From: Lama guanicoe
Lineage: Eukaryota
Direction: 5' to 3'
Length of the DNA stretch: 64,000 bases
Assembly: GCA_013239625.1 (NCBI GenBank)
Contig: MU054129.1
Location: 65,238 to 129,237 of the forward strand
Below the pieces are notes generated by a model that saw only the letters and a list, made by a program, of their open reading frames with translations, did no database searches and had not been told where the DNA came from. Position numbers and translations under genes: made by a program. Numbering within the stretch: the first letter of the stretch is position 1; the number at the start of each line of letters is the position of its first letter. This document shows, piece after piece, positions 52,993-64,000 of the stretch.

Positions 52993-54572
52993 ATGTCACA
53001 GTCCTCTTGTTCAACCACGAAATTTTCAGCCCACTTTTTCCTTCCAGAGTAAAGAACCTAACTGTCCTCCCTCCCATCCCACCACTTCTTTCTTTGTGAG
53101 AAAGCTGCACTCTCCACACACAATCCTGAACGCAGGTGCCTTGCTGGCTCGGACCGAGATGTTTCAGTCTCACACAGCCTGCGTCCTTTCACTTTCCCCT
53201 TTCTACCTTAAAAAGCCTTTCCTGAGTCTCCCACCAATCTAATTCTGAACTTCACAAAGTGCTGAGGTTACAGTCACTGCGTGCATACATCCCAGGTTTT
53301 GACTAGGTTTCCTTCACAAGATCTTCATTAAGGAGCTGCATCAAGAAGTTTTAAGAGGCTTTTCTTACATCTGAGTGGAGGAGCCTGTATAAAATTTAAA
53401 TGGCTTTGAAGAGAGAGTTAACCAGGGACAGAGAGGTCACAGGTCTTAGTTAAAAGTGTCACGAGGCAAAATGTTCTTCAAAGGCTCAGAGTGGCTTCTG
53501 AACACGGAGTCAGCAGGGAGGAGGTGCCAGGCTGAGTGGGGTGAGTGACACAGGGTACGCTCCCCCAGCTGGGGAAGTATTGGAGTTTGTTCTAGTTTTC
53601 CAAACAATTTCTTTCTACCTTTTTCTCTTATTGTCACATACCATTTCCTACGAATTAAGAAAATCAATGTCAGTCATTTGGGCTGCTTGGGAGAAGCTAC
53701 ACGATGCCATTCACAGGGCTGGGATATGACAGCCACACGAGTCCAGGTTGAAAGACCAGTGGGGGTATTTCCAAGGTAATCACTGGCACGCAGAAAACTC
53801 CCCAGCTTCAATGACCTCATCTTAAATGTGAGGCGAATAAAACTACCAAGTAAAATGCGTGATGATTATGGCCGATATCTGTTTACTAGGTAAGTGCCTG
53901 TGACAGCTGCAGCTGAATGGGGAAGAGCATGATCAACGAGGCCCAGTCAACCTGGTCACAGACGCCTTGCCTTCCTGCCTTGGTGCAGGAGCGGAGTTTG
54001 TTTAGCTGAGATGAACGCCCCCAGAGCAGCCCCGAAGGGAAAGCTCCCAGATCTGCACGGCTAGACGTGTTCCTTTCCTTCTCAGAGCTGATCACAGTTT
54101 GAAGTCGTCTGTTTTTATATTTATCCCTTTAGTACCTGCCTCCCCTCTGGAGTTTTTGCTTAAGCAGCACAGGGCCAGGTTTGTGTTGCTGCCTATTGCA
54201 TATTCTGGGCTGGGAGACAGGCGACCCAAAGTCTGGCTCTGGGGCTGAACGGAGAGGGCAGAAAGCCCAGGGGCCCATGCTGAACCGAGGCCCCTGCAAC
54301 CAAAATTCTGGTCCGACTTTAGGCAAATTACACAGTCTTCTTTACCGAGATTCCTCATCTGTCCATGAAAATAACTGCCCATGGCACATAGAGTTACAAG
54401 GATTAAAGGAAATCACCAAATTCACAACCTATTCAAGGGACTACCAGTGCATCCTCAACAGACACATGCTGCCTTTACTGCTCTGACACACGCTAAACGG
54501 GGCGGAAGGACACAGTGAATACTGCTAAGTGCCTGTTTGTTATGTGCTTCATATGTGTTATAATACTGTTTA

Positions 54573-55077
54573 CAACTTACAAGAATACCAGGAAGAAACG
54601 AATATTATCATGCCAATTTCACAGACTCACCAACAGGTTAAGGGAGGTTACACTCTAGTCCAAGGCCCTATGGTGAGGAAATGGCGATTTAAACATGAAT
54701 CTGAGCCCAGGCCTGGGCTATGTCTCTCTCCAATGCACCTGACCACTTGTCTATGAAATCCACCTGTCCAATACACAAGTTTGCAGAGGCCAGCTCTTAA
54801 ATGCAATGTGTGCCACAGTTTGTCAGTGTTGATTAATTACCATAAACTGCTCCAGAAACCACTACAGAAAAGACAGGTGGACCCACATCCCTGCCCACAA
54901 AGAAGAGGAACTCTGCCTTGCCTTCTCCTGTAATGTGCAGAACCCCTTCCCTACACCACCAAATTCAAATGTACGCTTCATCCGTGTTTATATTTGCACA
55001 TGGCATATTAAAGTAGAAGGTACCTGCAGTAATTCTCTCGGTTGTTTTCCAAGTTTCCAGATTATCCATAATCAGTC
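54573..55077 (+). repeat. left copy of the ~505-bp direct repeat flanking the provirus
   Basis: Colinear with 62484-62995 and ends exactly at the 5' LTR start. Confidence 0.9.
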
Positions 55078-55327
55078 TGTGAACGAAAATACTACAATGT
55101 GAATGAAAATTATGCAACCATATCAGTAAACAAAGAATGCTGAAACCAAGTCATCAGCGGCTGCCGCCACCCCCCAGGGAGGACAGGCCTGCAGCCCAGC
55201 CTCTGCAGCCACTCACAATGGTGCCCTCTGAGCAGACTCAGAATAAGAAAAGACAGGATACTTGCCCTAGATAGCTAAGTGCTTGTCTAAAGAATGAATT
55301 CAGTGAGTCCAAATGTTTGCTTCCTCC

Positions 55328-56014
55328 CATACATAGAAAAGCACAAAATTCTAGAACTTGACATACCTGGCTTTCTTAAGATAACAAGCAATGTTTTATT
55401 GTTCCAACTACCTGGTCTTTGTTGTAAAGCTCCTATATATCCTAGTTCCTCCCCAACATCTTGGGAGCAGTCCCTCAGAGCGTTCTGAGAGGCTGTCAGC
55501 CCAGCTCGAGTCCTCCCGCCAAATAAAACATAACACTTAACTTTTAGGCTGCACATATATTTCAGTCAACAGTTTTGGACACCATGAAGGGACCCAGAGC
55601 AGACTTCTCTCCACCTGAACTCTCCAAGTAACCGGAACCTTGGTACCAGCAGTGGCCCTTTGTGCCCGTCACATACATAGAAAAGCACAAAATTCTAGAA
55701 CTTGACATACCTGGCTTTCTTAAGATAACAAGCAATGTTTTATTGTTCCAACTACCTGGTCTTTGTTGTAAAGCTCCTATATATCCTAGTTCCTCCCCAA
55801 CATCTTGGGAGCAGTCCCTCAGAGCGTTCTGAGAGGCTGTCAGCCCAGCTCGAGTCCTCCCGCCAAATAAAACATAACACTTAACTTTTAGGCTGCACAT
55901 ATATTTCAGTCAACAGTTTTGGACACCATGAAGGGACCCAGAGCAGACTTCTCTCCACCTGAACTCTCCAAGTAACCGGAACCTTGGTACCAGCAGTGGC
56001 CCTTTGTGCCCGTC
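55328..56014 (+). repeat. perfect 343-bp tandem duplication of 3' half of 5' LTR + PBS + leader
   Basis: 55328-55670 equals 55672-56014 (offset 344, one spacer base). Confidence 0.9.
55576..55593 (+). promoter_or_regulatory. retroviral primer binding site, tRNA-Arg(TCG)-like (second copy at 55920-55937)
   Basis: tggacaccatgaagggac versus TGGCGACCACGAAGGGAC, the complement of the recalled tRNA-Arg-TCG 3' end: 15 of 18 match, 4 nt after the LTR end. Confidence 0.7.
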
Positions 56015-56584
56015 CGCCTCCTTGGGGAGTCCAGATGAATTTGGGTGAGTCTCTCCTGGTTCTCAGATCTCCCATATTGGTTGATGATCCTGCATTTTAT
56101 TTGGCGGTGTATCCCGGTACCTGGCCCTCCAGTTGAAAGAGACTGGGGTGAATTACCCACCCAGTGGAGACATGTTGGGTGGGGCCTGGTTGAAGGATAA
56201 TGGGAAATACCCACCTTGAGGAGACGTCCGAGGTGGGGCTGGTGGAAATATACCAGGAAGATACCCAGTGGAGACGTCCCGAGTGGTTCCAAGTTGAAAG
56301 ACATTGGGGTCAGGACTGAGTGGTTAGGTAAGAGGCTGGTCTAATGCTTTCCTCAATTTGGTTACCTCCATTGAATTTTTCGGAATAAAAGTAAAACTCT
56401 TAGGAGGAACCTTTCAACTCCAACAATGGGACACCCCCCCAGCTGGTAACAGCTTTTTCGGGTGACTGAGAAACTTGCAGGAGTTGTACAGGCAAAGACT
56501 TCATGCTATAGAGTTGTCCCTGCAGGAAAACTTACTAGCAATTTTATTCTGACAACCCTATCTTAGAGTGGGGAATAGAACTTT

Positions 56585-56585
<1 letters not shown>

Positions 56586-56619
<34 letters not shown>

Positions 56620-56642
56620 AAAGAAAAGAAAAGAAAAAGAAA
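56586..56642 (+). repeat. polyA plus (GAAAA)n tract inside the provirus
   Basis: About 32 A followed by GAAAA repeats. Confidence 0.9.
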
Positions 56643-59600
56643 TGACAGATTGCCAGCCTCCAACTAATAACCCAGCCAGATTTATATACATACAAAACTT
56701 ACAACTTTAATTGGGTATTAAAAAAAAAAAACTCACTCTGAAAGTAACTAACCAGGCCTGATAAAAATATTTTTTGGAATTCTGAACTTATAAAAACAAA
56801 AACCCCTTTAGGGGGAACTTGGATTTCTCTTCCTGTGTCCTTGAAATGTAAATGTTTTATCTTTCTCTGGGTATTTTATGTTTGTGTATGTATGTATATA
56901 TGTGTTTCCTGTTTTTTAAAGGAAAACTTGGACTCTGCCACGCAAAAGGTACAAGTGTTGTGTACATATGTTGGCCACACAAATAAAATGGGATTCTCAA
57001 CAATCCTTTTATAGAACCAATTTTCAGATATTTTGCCATCTTAACCTTTGTTGCATCAGCCTGGACAACAAATGCCTTTACCTTTTGGAAAGTAAACTTT
57101 TGAATTTTATTTAGGCAACACCCCCACTCTCATGTGGAAATGTCTCTTCATCTTATTCGTTTAAAATCACTACATATATATTAATATATAAATTGATGGC
57201 CATATGATGGATCCTTTAATTTGGAAAAACTTAAATTGGTGAAAGTTGAAAGAGCTCTCATTATAAACAGCTGTTTTACTGGTATCTATTAAAATCAAGT
57301 TTAAAGGTAGAAAAATATATCTAATGGTTAACCTAAGAACTTAGTTTAAAAAAAAGTTGTTTGAAAAGCTACATTTGTGTTTTTCCTTTCCCATCAATGG
57401 TTTTAGAGGTGCTAATAAAAACTTAGAAAAATTAATGTTAATTAGGTTGAGTAACTGGAAAAAGAAATGTAAAAATGTCGAAAGATTTTTTCTTAATGAA
57501 AAAAAAAAAAGATAATGGGCTTATCCCAAATGGGTAAATATTTTTAAATGGTTATTTTGAATGAGATAAATAAAATGGACATTTTTGGATTTAGATACAA
57601 GCTTTTGATACTACACTACGTAAAGTGAAAAAAAAAAAAAGACCAAAGAGATCAACTACTGCCCCCCAACACTAAAGTTGAAACAAGTCCGTTTTATTTA
57701 AACTTGGCGATCCCAGAGACTTTTGTATAAAATTAGATACAGTGCACAAAAAAAAAAAGTAAAGAAAAGAAAATGGCTTCTAGCACTCCTACTAGAAATA
57801 AGTATTATTGATTAAACCTAATAAATATTAAAATTAAAGGTATAAGAATTAATAAAATTGAGATAATAGTTTGTAAAATTGGTATATTTAAATGGGCTTT
57901 ATATAAACATTTTGCTTAATTATATTGTGGGATAGATATGTTTCAATGGAAAAACGCTTCCCTTCTTGGTATTATAAGGCTGGGCACATTTCTGCCCCTC
58001 AGAAAATAGTAACTGAATAAACTAATGGAAACCAATACAGTGACATTAGCCGTCCAATATAACCTAAAACTAAAAACTAATATTCAGTGGCTAATAAAAA
58101 AATATAATAAGAGGTTTACCCTGGGTTTAACTTATAACTCAAGGAAAAGAGACCTTACTAAATGCCTTAAGCAAACTTTGGAAGACATGATAAAGTAAAC
58201 CTTAAAGTTTTAAAACATGGAATTCTTTGTTTACAGTTCTTTTCACTGATACAAAAAAGCAAATTAAGGAGATACAATTGGGCTTAGGTGACAGAGCAGT
58301 TCTCTGGGGAACTGGAAGCCTGTGTCTTTGTCTTGCAGATCAGAAATGTAACTACAGCAAACAGTGACCTATGACTGAGCCTAATTAGCTCAACGAGATA
58401 AAACTTAAGGCCAAAGAAATTTTTGGCATTTTAGAAGCCAGAACTCGGACGGGTCTTTCAGACTTTGTCAAGAAATCTTAAATGCCTTTTTCAAAAATAG
58501 TAAGCCTTAGTGATTTGAGCAAGCAAATTCAGCTTACTCCAACTATTATTATACCTATCTCATAGGTAAGTTTTAAAGTGAAGCTATGAAATCTTTAGCC
58601 TTTGTCTATTTATAAGCCTGTGTACACATTATAGATATGAGGTAATTCTACGGCTAAAAAATAAAAGTCAAAGTCAAAAAGCTCTGCTTAATTGATGTAA
58701 AAAGTACGAGCTTACAAATTAATATTTTTAATATAAAAACTGAACAAATTGACCTTCAGGTTCACATAAACTTGAAAATATACAATATTAAGGTAATATT
58801 TGGTATTAAGTTTAGTTTAAGCATGTTCTAATTAATATAGACACCTTTTAAGTCATCAGTATTAAGTATAATACCCTTACTGTACCTAGGTTTAGTGAAA
58901 GTCAAATAATATCCTGTTATATCTGCTGCAGTTCTGTCAAAAAAAATAGCAATATTATGTGATAAAATTTTAAGTAAATTAAATGCAAATGAGAAGAGAG
59001 CTTTGGGTAATTCTTTAAAATATATTTTTAAAATTTATGCTTAAGATAATCTCTAAATGTTTGGTATCTTTAAATTCTAGAGTTGTGCTAAATTAAGTTA
59101 AATGAGAGGAGTTGATTAAATAGCTATGCCATTTTGAGATAAAATAAGATTGAAATATGAATTACTTAACATGTAGCTTCCTCTTACAAAGAAACTAAAG
59201 GTGTTTGAAATATTAATAAATAGTTGGTGTCACCCTGAAATAGTCTCTATTATTAAGGGAAAGTATCCTAGGAAAGTAAGATAAATGTGTAGAGGAAGAT
59301 ATTAGCAATGGAATTATATTTTGTTATTGAAAAATAGTGACTTTGTCCTGAAGCCGGTTACTTCTGAATGGAAGAGAAATTAAGGGACACACTAACATGA
59401 GAATAGAAAGCTGTGGAAGGCTTGTGGAAGAGAAACCCTGAGGAAAGACTTTTGTACATGGTCGGAACTGGCTAAGTTTAGAATCAATTTTGGCAAAGTA
59501 ACTGAATCTTCGAAGTAAGCTGATACAAGACTAGATTTGGTTTTCTATTAAGAGGACAAAATTTTCTTAAAATGTTAATCCACCTTCAGTAACAGATTGT

Positions 59601-60933
59601 AAAGCTTCTAATACCACTTAACTGATCTGTTCCGCCTTTACCTTTGAAATATTTTCTTGTTAATGAATAAGTACTTCTTTACAGTGATCTATACGTTTAT
59701 CTGATGAAGTGTTTTGAAATCTTTTAACAAGCTCCCCAAATATCAATTTCTAATTAAAGTTCTTTTAATCTCCAGTTAATTTTGGGAGGGCCCCAGAAAC
59801 ATCCCAAAGAGAGATTTTAAACTAGTAAGTTTCATTTTGCATGTTAAAAAACATGGGAAGTATTGTCAAATGAACAGTAAATCTTCCTAGTTTATATTGT
59901 ATGAGAAAGTATTATTAATATAGATATTCTAGAAATTATATGGACTCCCTAAAATTCTGGTATATCTGAAATGATACCAGTCATAATTCTGGTTACTGTG
60001 ACCAGGTTTCATTATCGATTATAGTGTAACGGTGTCTAACCATGCTGTTAAATCTTTTGTCATTAATAGACAGGTAATTGTTTTCTGATGATTTTGCAAA
60101 ATGCTTTCTCTTCAAGGAGATTTACTGGTTTCTAATAAATTTCAAACTATAGCAGTGGACTAAACTGGGCAAGAAATTTTAAAGGTCTAATGAAAACTCT
60201 GATTAAAAGAATCAGTTACATGGGACTGAGTAAACTGGTGAATATGATTATAATTTTTGATTTTCTTTGAAATACTACTGGCTTTTAATCTGTTTCCCAG
60301 ACATAAGAAACTCTTCTCCTTAAGCTAGTTATGATGCACGGGAATTTGTTAAATTATACCTATGTAAGCAGACTTGGAACATTTATCTTTTCTCTCTATC
60401 TGATCCCTCAAGAGACTAAAAACTCTTAGGTCCCCAGTGGCTCTATCAGACAAATGAGGAAGATCATCTCCTAACAGATAAATGAATCTCAAGATATTTT
60501 AAGGATTTTTAAGAGAAAAGAATTTACCTAAATCTGTGAGGCAGAAATCCATGACAAACCCTTGATGTGGCTTTCATGGCCTTAGAAAACCTTATTAACA
60601 TTCTACCCTGAGACTCCTTATTAAAAGTTCCAACACAGTCAATTTAAAAAAGCCTATAGGATCAAATAATCAGACTTAACTTGTAAACAAATTAATCTTG
60701 ATGTGGCTGTATTTGAGAAAAATGAGGGTAACTTTAGAGAGAAAAAAGATTATATTTTAGTGGATATTAAATTCTAGTTTTGTTAATTGAGGTCTATATT
60801 TACTAAGAAACTTCCCAGATCATTCCTTGCTGTTATGTCACATTGCTGTAGAGTTTAATGGAATTATTAAAAGGATACACTAGGTTTGTCTCTGAAGCTC
60901 AGTAATCTATCCTTGGGTAAAGTTCCAATGCTC

Positions 60934-61035
60934 CATGACCTGCAGCCAGGGGATTATACATACTGGAACAGGCATGACTTAAAGAACTGTCTCCAACCTG
61001 AATGGAAGGACCCTTTATCATGTGTTCTTAACTAG
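60934..61035 (+). pseudogene. retroviral pol (integrase C-terminal GPY/F region) relic
   Basis: HDLQPGDYTYWNRHDLKNCLQPEWK, then frameshifted (G)PYHV.LT, resembles the gammaretroviral LQPGDxVxxKxxxxxxLxPxWKGPYxVLLT motif. Confidence 0.75.
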
Positions 61036-62483
61036 ACCATACACAGCAAAGCTGAAGGAAACGGACTTTCAGACTCATTACCAATCAGAAACTGCCCCTG
61101 CAGTGCACTGGCCTATAGAGCACTGCTCACCTTAAAACAATGCCCAAATGGAGAAAAAGCTACAGGCCAGGATGAGAAGAAGACGACATCTTAGGTAGAC
61201 AGCGGACCCAAGACACCGGACCAGGCCTGTATGCCAATTACTGTGATAATTTCTCCTACCTTTGATTACGAACTACTCCAATTGTTAAGTTTATGGTAAA
61301 TTACCAATGTCTAGTACTTCTGTGTTACCTTGGTGGGTTTCCCTACTCCAAGGCTCTAACTAGATAGCCCTCAGAAACGTTATTGTAAAAAGGAAATCAT
61401 AGTTCTGTTTAGGCCACTGTTGATCTTACAAGGTGGGAGACCTCACCTGGCCAATTAATACCTGCTCTGACCCTGACCATAAATATGAAGTTTCTCATAA
61501 GGTCACTCAAACTCAATCAGAAACACAAGGAAAATTTTAACCCAGAAATATAACTTCTTGACTGCTAAATTCTTACTCGTGACTATATTAACGTTACTAG
61601 CTGTATTATTTATATCCTATTTTATATAATTGTTCTCTTACATTTCCCAATGTGTAACTAGGCCCTCAACAAGATGGATGATGGCTAAACATCTTGAAGA
61701 AATACATAAAATTTATAACCCTGCATGAAAATTTTGTAATAGTGTGATTCTAGATATGGGAATGAGCAATGAATGGTGAACATTTCCTGGATCATAATAG
61801 ACTAGTAAGACAGGCGATCCAGAGAACTTTTAGTATCAACAGGGCCTGATAAATCACCTAACACCTTGAATGGCAGCTCAGAAGATTCTTCACCTGAATT
61901 AGGAATGTGCCATCCTAGCACCTTGGGACAAAATTGGTCATGAAATGTCTCTCAAAATATTGGTCGAATTTAGGACCAAGGCGGAGCACTGTGAATGAAA
62001 GTACTACAATGTGAATGAAAATACTGCAGCCATGTCAGTAAACAAAGAATGCTGAAACCAACCTCTCAGCGGCTGCTGCCACCCCCCAGGGAGGACAGGC
62101 CTGCAGCCCAGCCTCTGCAGTCACTCACAATGGTGCCCTCTGAGTGGACTCAGTATAAGAAAGGACAGGATACTGGCCCTAGATAGCTAGGTGCTTGTCA
62201 AAGGAATGAATTCAGTGAGCCCAAATGTTTGCTTCCTCCCAAAAATACAAAAGCAATAAATTCTTAAACTTGAGATATCTCGTTTTTTTTAGATAACAAG
62301 CAATCTTTTATTGTTCCAACTACCTGGTCTTTGTTGTAAAGCTCCTATATATCTTAGCTCCTCCCCTAACTCTTTGGAGCAGTCCCTCAAAGCAATGTGA
62401 GAGGCTGTCATCCTGGCTCGAGTCCTCCCGCCAAATAAAACTTAACTGATAACTTTTGGGCTGCACATTTATTTCAGTCGACA

Positions 62484-62995
62484 CAACTTACAACAAACCC
62501 AGGAAGAAGTGAATATTATCATGCCCATTTAACTGATTCACCAACAGGCTATGTGAGGTTACATTCTAGTCCAAGTTCCTATGGTGCAGAAATGGCAATT
62601 TAAACCTGAAGCTGGGGTGCCCATGCCTGTGCTCCTTCTCTCTCCCATCTACCTGATCACTTGTCTGTGAAATCCGCCTGTCCAATATATAAGTTTGCAG
62701 CCGGCCAGCTCTTAAATTCAATGTGTGCCACCATTTGTCAATGCTGGTTAATTACCATAAACTGCTGTCAGAAACCGTTACAGAAAAAACAGGTGGACCC
62801 AATTCCCTGCCCACAAAGAAGAGGAATTCTGCCTTGCCTTCCCCTGCAATGTGCAGAAACCCTTCCCTTCACCACTAAATTCAAATGTATGCTTCATCTG
62901 TGTTTATGTTTTCACAGGACTTATTAAAGCACAAGGTGCCTGAAATAATTCCATCTCGGTTCCTTTCCAAATATAAAGATTAGCCCAAATCAGAT
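62484..62995 (+). repeat. right copy of the ~505-bp direct repeat flanking the provirus
   Basis: Starts exactly after the 3' LTR terminal CA ('caacttacaa...') and is colinear with 54573-55077. Confidence 0.9.
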
Positions 62996-63694
62996 TCAGA
63001 ACAGACACAACACATCAAATCTGCAATGAAACACACTGGATTAAGAACAAAATGCGTGTCCTAGTCCAGAAAACTACGGGTCCCTCTTTCTTCCTGTCAT
63101 TATACAATCCCACCAGAACTCAGTAAATTGCTGTTTGCTCATCTGGCAACCAAACTCAGAGAAGAGTCAACTCAGCAGAGCGCCCTACTGGGGAGAACCC
63201 CCCGCAGCAGCCCTGCGGGCTGCCTGCCCTCCCGCACGCTCTGCTGACCCCTAGTGTCCTCCATGGAGACCGGGTCAACAGAACTGTTCCAACAGCTACA
63301 AAGTCCCACACATTATATAAAAGCATTTTATTTTATACGATATGTTACGTATATACCCATCTCTGAAAACAGCTTTGCCAGAAGCCCAAATCTTCAACAT
63401 TAATCTGCAAAGGCAATTCCGGTCCCCAAGGGAAAGCAAGTCTTAAGATGATGCTAAGGCCTCCAAAGTCCTCTCCATGACGACCATCAACCAAACTGCC
63501 TGCAGGTCTGCAGCTGCAGGCGGCTACATGTCTGTTTTTAAAGCACCCCCCTCCTGCCCTCATGTGCTACAATGTCCCTCTACGCCCTCCCAACTCAGGG
63601 TAAGAGCAGCCACTGCAGAACCTTGCAGGGCAACACTGACAGGACTGGACACAGAGGATCAGAGCTAAACTAAGCCTTCTGCTGACACGAGCTT

Positions 63695-63790
63695 GTTACT
63701 CTGTCACTTTACAGATGAAGATACATATAGAGAGGTGGCGTGATCTTGCTCAAAGTCACACAGCTAATAAGTGGCATAGTCTATAACTCT
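63695..63790 (-). mobile_element. MIR relic
   Basis: 'cactttacagatgaagatacatatagagaggtggcgtgatcttgctcaaagtcacacagctaataagtggca'. Confidence 0.65.
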
Positions 63791-64000
63791 GCTCCTCCCT
63801 CCGGCGTGATGTCTCAGGTGGGACTCCCACAGGGTTTTCTCTTGCCTGCCTGACCAGTCCTTGACTGTCACTCATGACCCACCACAAAGTCTGTCCACAG
63901 CCTGCCTTTTCAGCATCTTTTCCCTCCAGTTTCTCAGGAACAAGGCTGCTCCGGCCATTGTATGACTTCTGGCTCCCCGAAACCTCCATGCTCAGGACAA

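Larger units (their letters stand above)
55078..62483 (+). mobile_element. non-autonomous ERV1 (gammaretrovirus-like) provirus, 7.4 kb
   Basis: Two 494-bp LTRs (55078-55571, 61990-62483; TG...CA, AATAAA), a PBS, a leader splice donor 'taggtaag' at ~56325, an AT-rich internal region without long ORFs, an integrase C-terminal relic, and a purine-rich tract before the 3' LTR. Confidence 0.92.

Noticed and set aside
54573..54710. Flank similarity explained by two independent MIR copies
   Set aside because: Only the first ~130 bp is MIR-like. Colinearity extends ~505 bp at much higher identity than independent MIRs show and stops exactly at the LTR ends.
55287..56304. Repeated minus-strand ORFs (MCSLKVKCYV...)
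   Set aside because: Antisense translation of the LTR/leader, repeated only because of the 343-bp duplication.

Overview
Mammalian genomic DNA from a gapped draft assembly (four N runs), most likely a camelid because it carries camelid-type tRNA-derived SINEs. It contains no intact recognisable protein-coding gene, and the ORF track is almost entirely noise. From left to right: (1) 1-16.7 kb is intergenic/intronic DNA with old MIR/L2/MLT/L1 relics and one solo LTR. (2) 16.7-25.3 kb is a ~249-bp satellite array with subfamily layers, a dimeric domain and an internal strand inversion at ~22.77 kb. (3) 25.5-38.7 kb is unique DNA with a phase-compatible set of candidate plus-strand terminal exons of an unidentified gene. 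(4) 41.1-41.4 kb holds a single frameshifted TRAPPC9-derived exon on the minus strand with intact splice sites. (5) 46.8-63 kb is a dense nest of L1, SINE, MITE and solo LTRs plus a 7.4-kb non-coding ERV1-like provirus. The most unusual feature is that this provirus is flanked by a ~505-bp direct duplication of host DNA instead of a 4-bp target site duplication. Repeat family names come from recalled consensus motifs and need RepeatMasker/Dfam confirmation. Divergence values are approximate hand counts.
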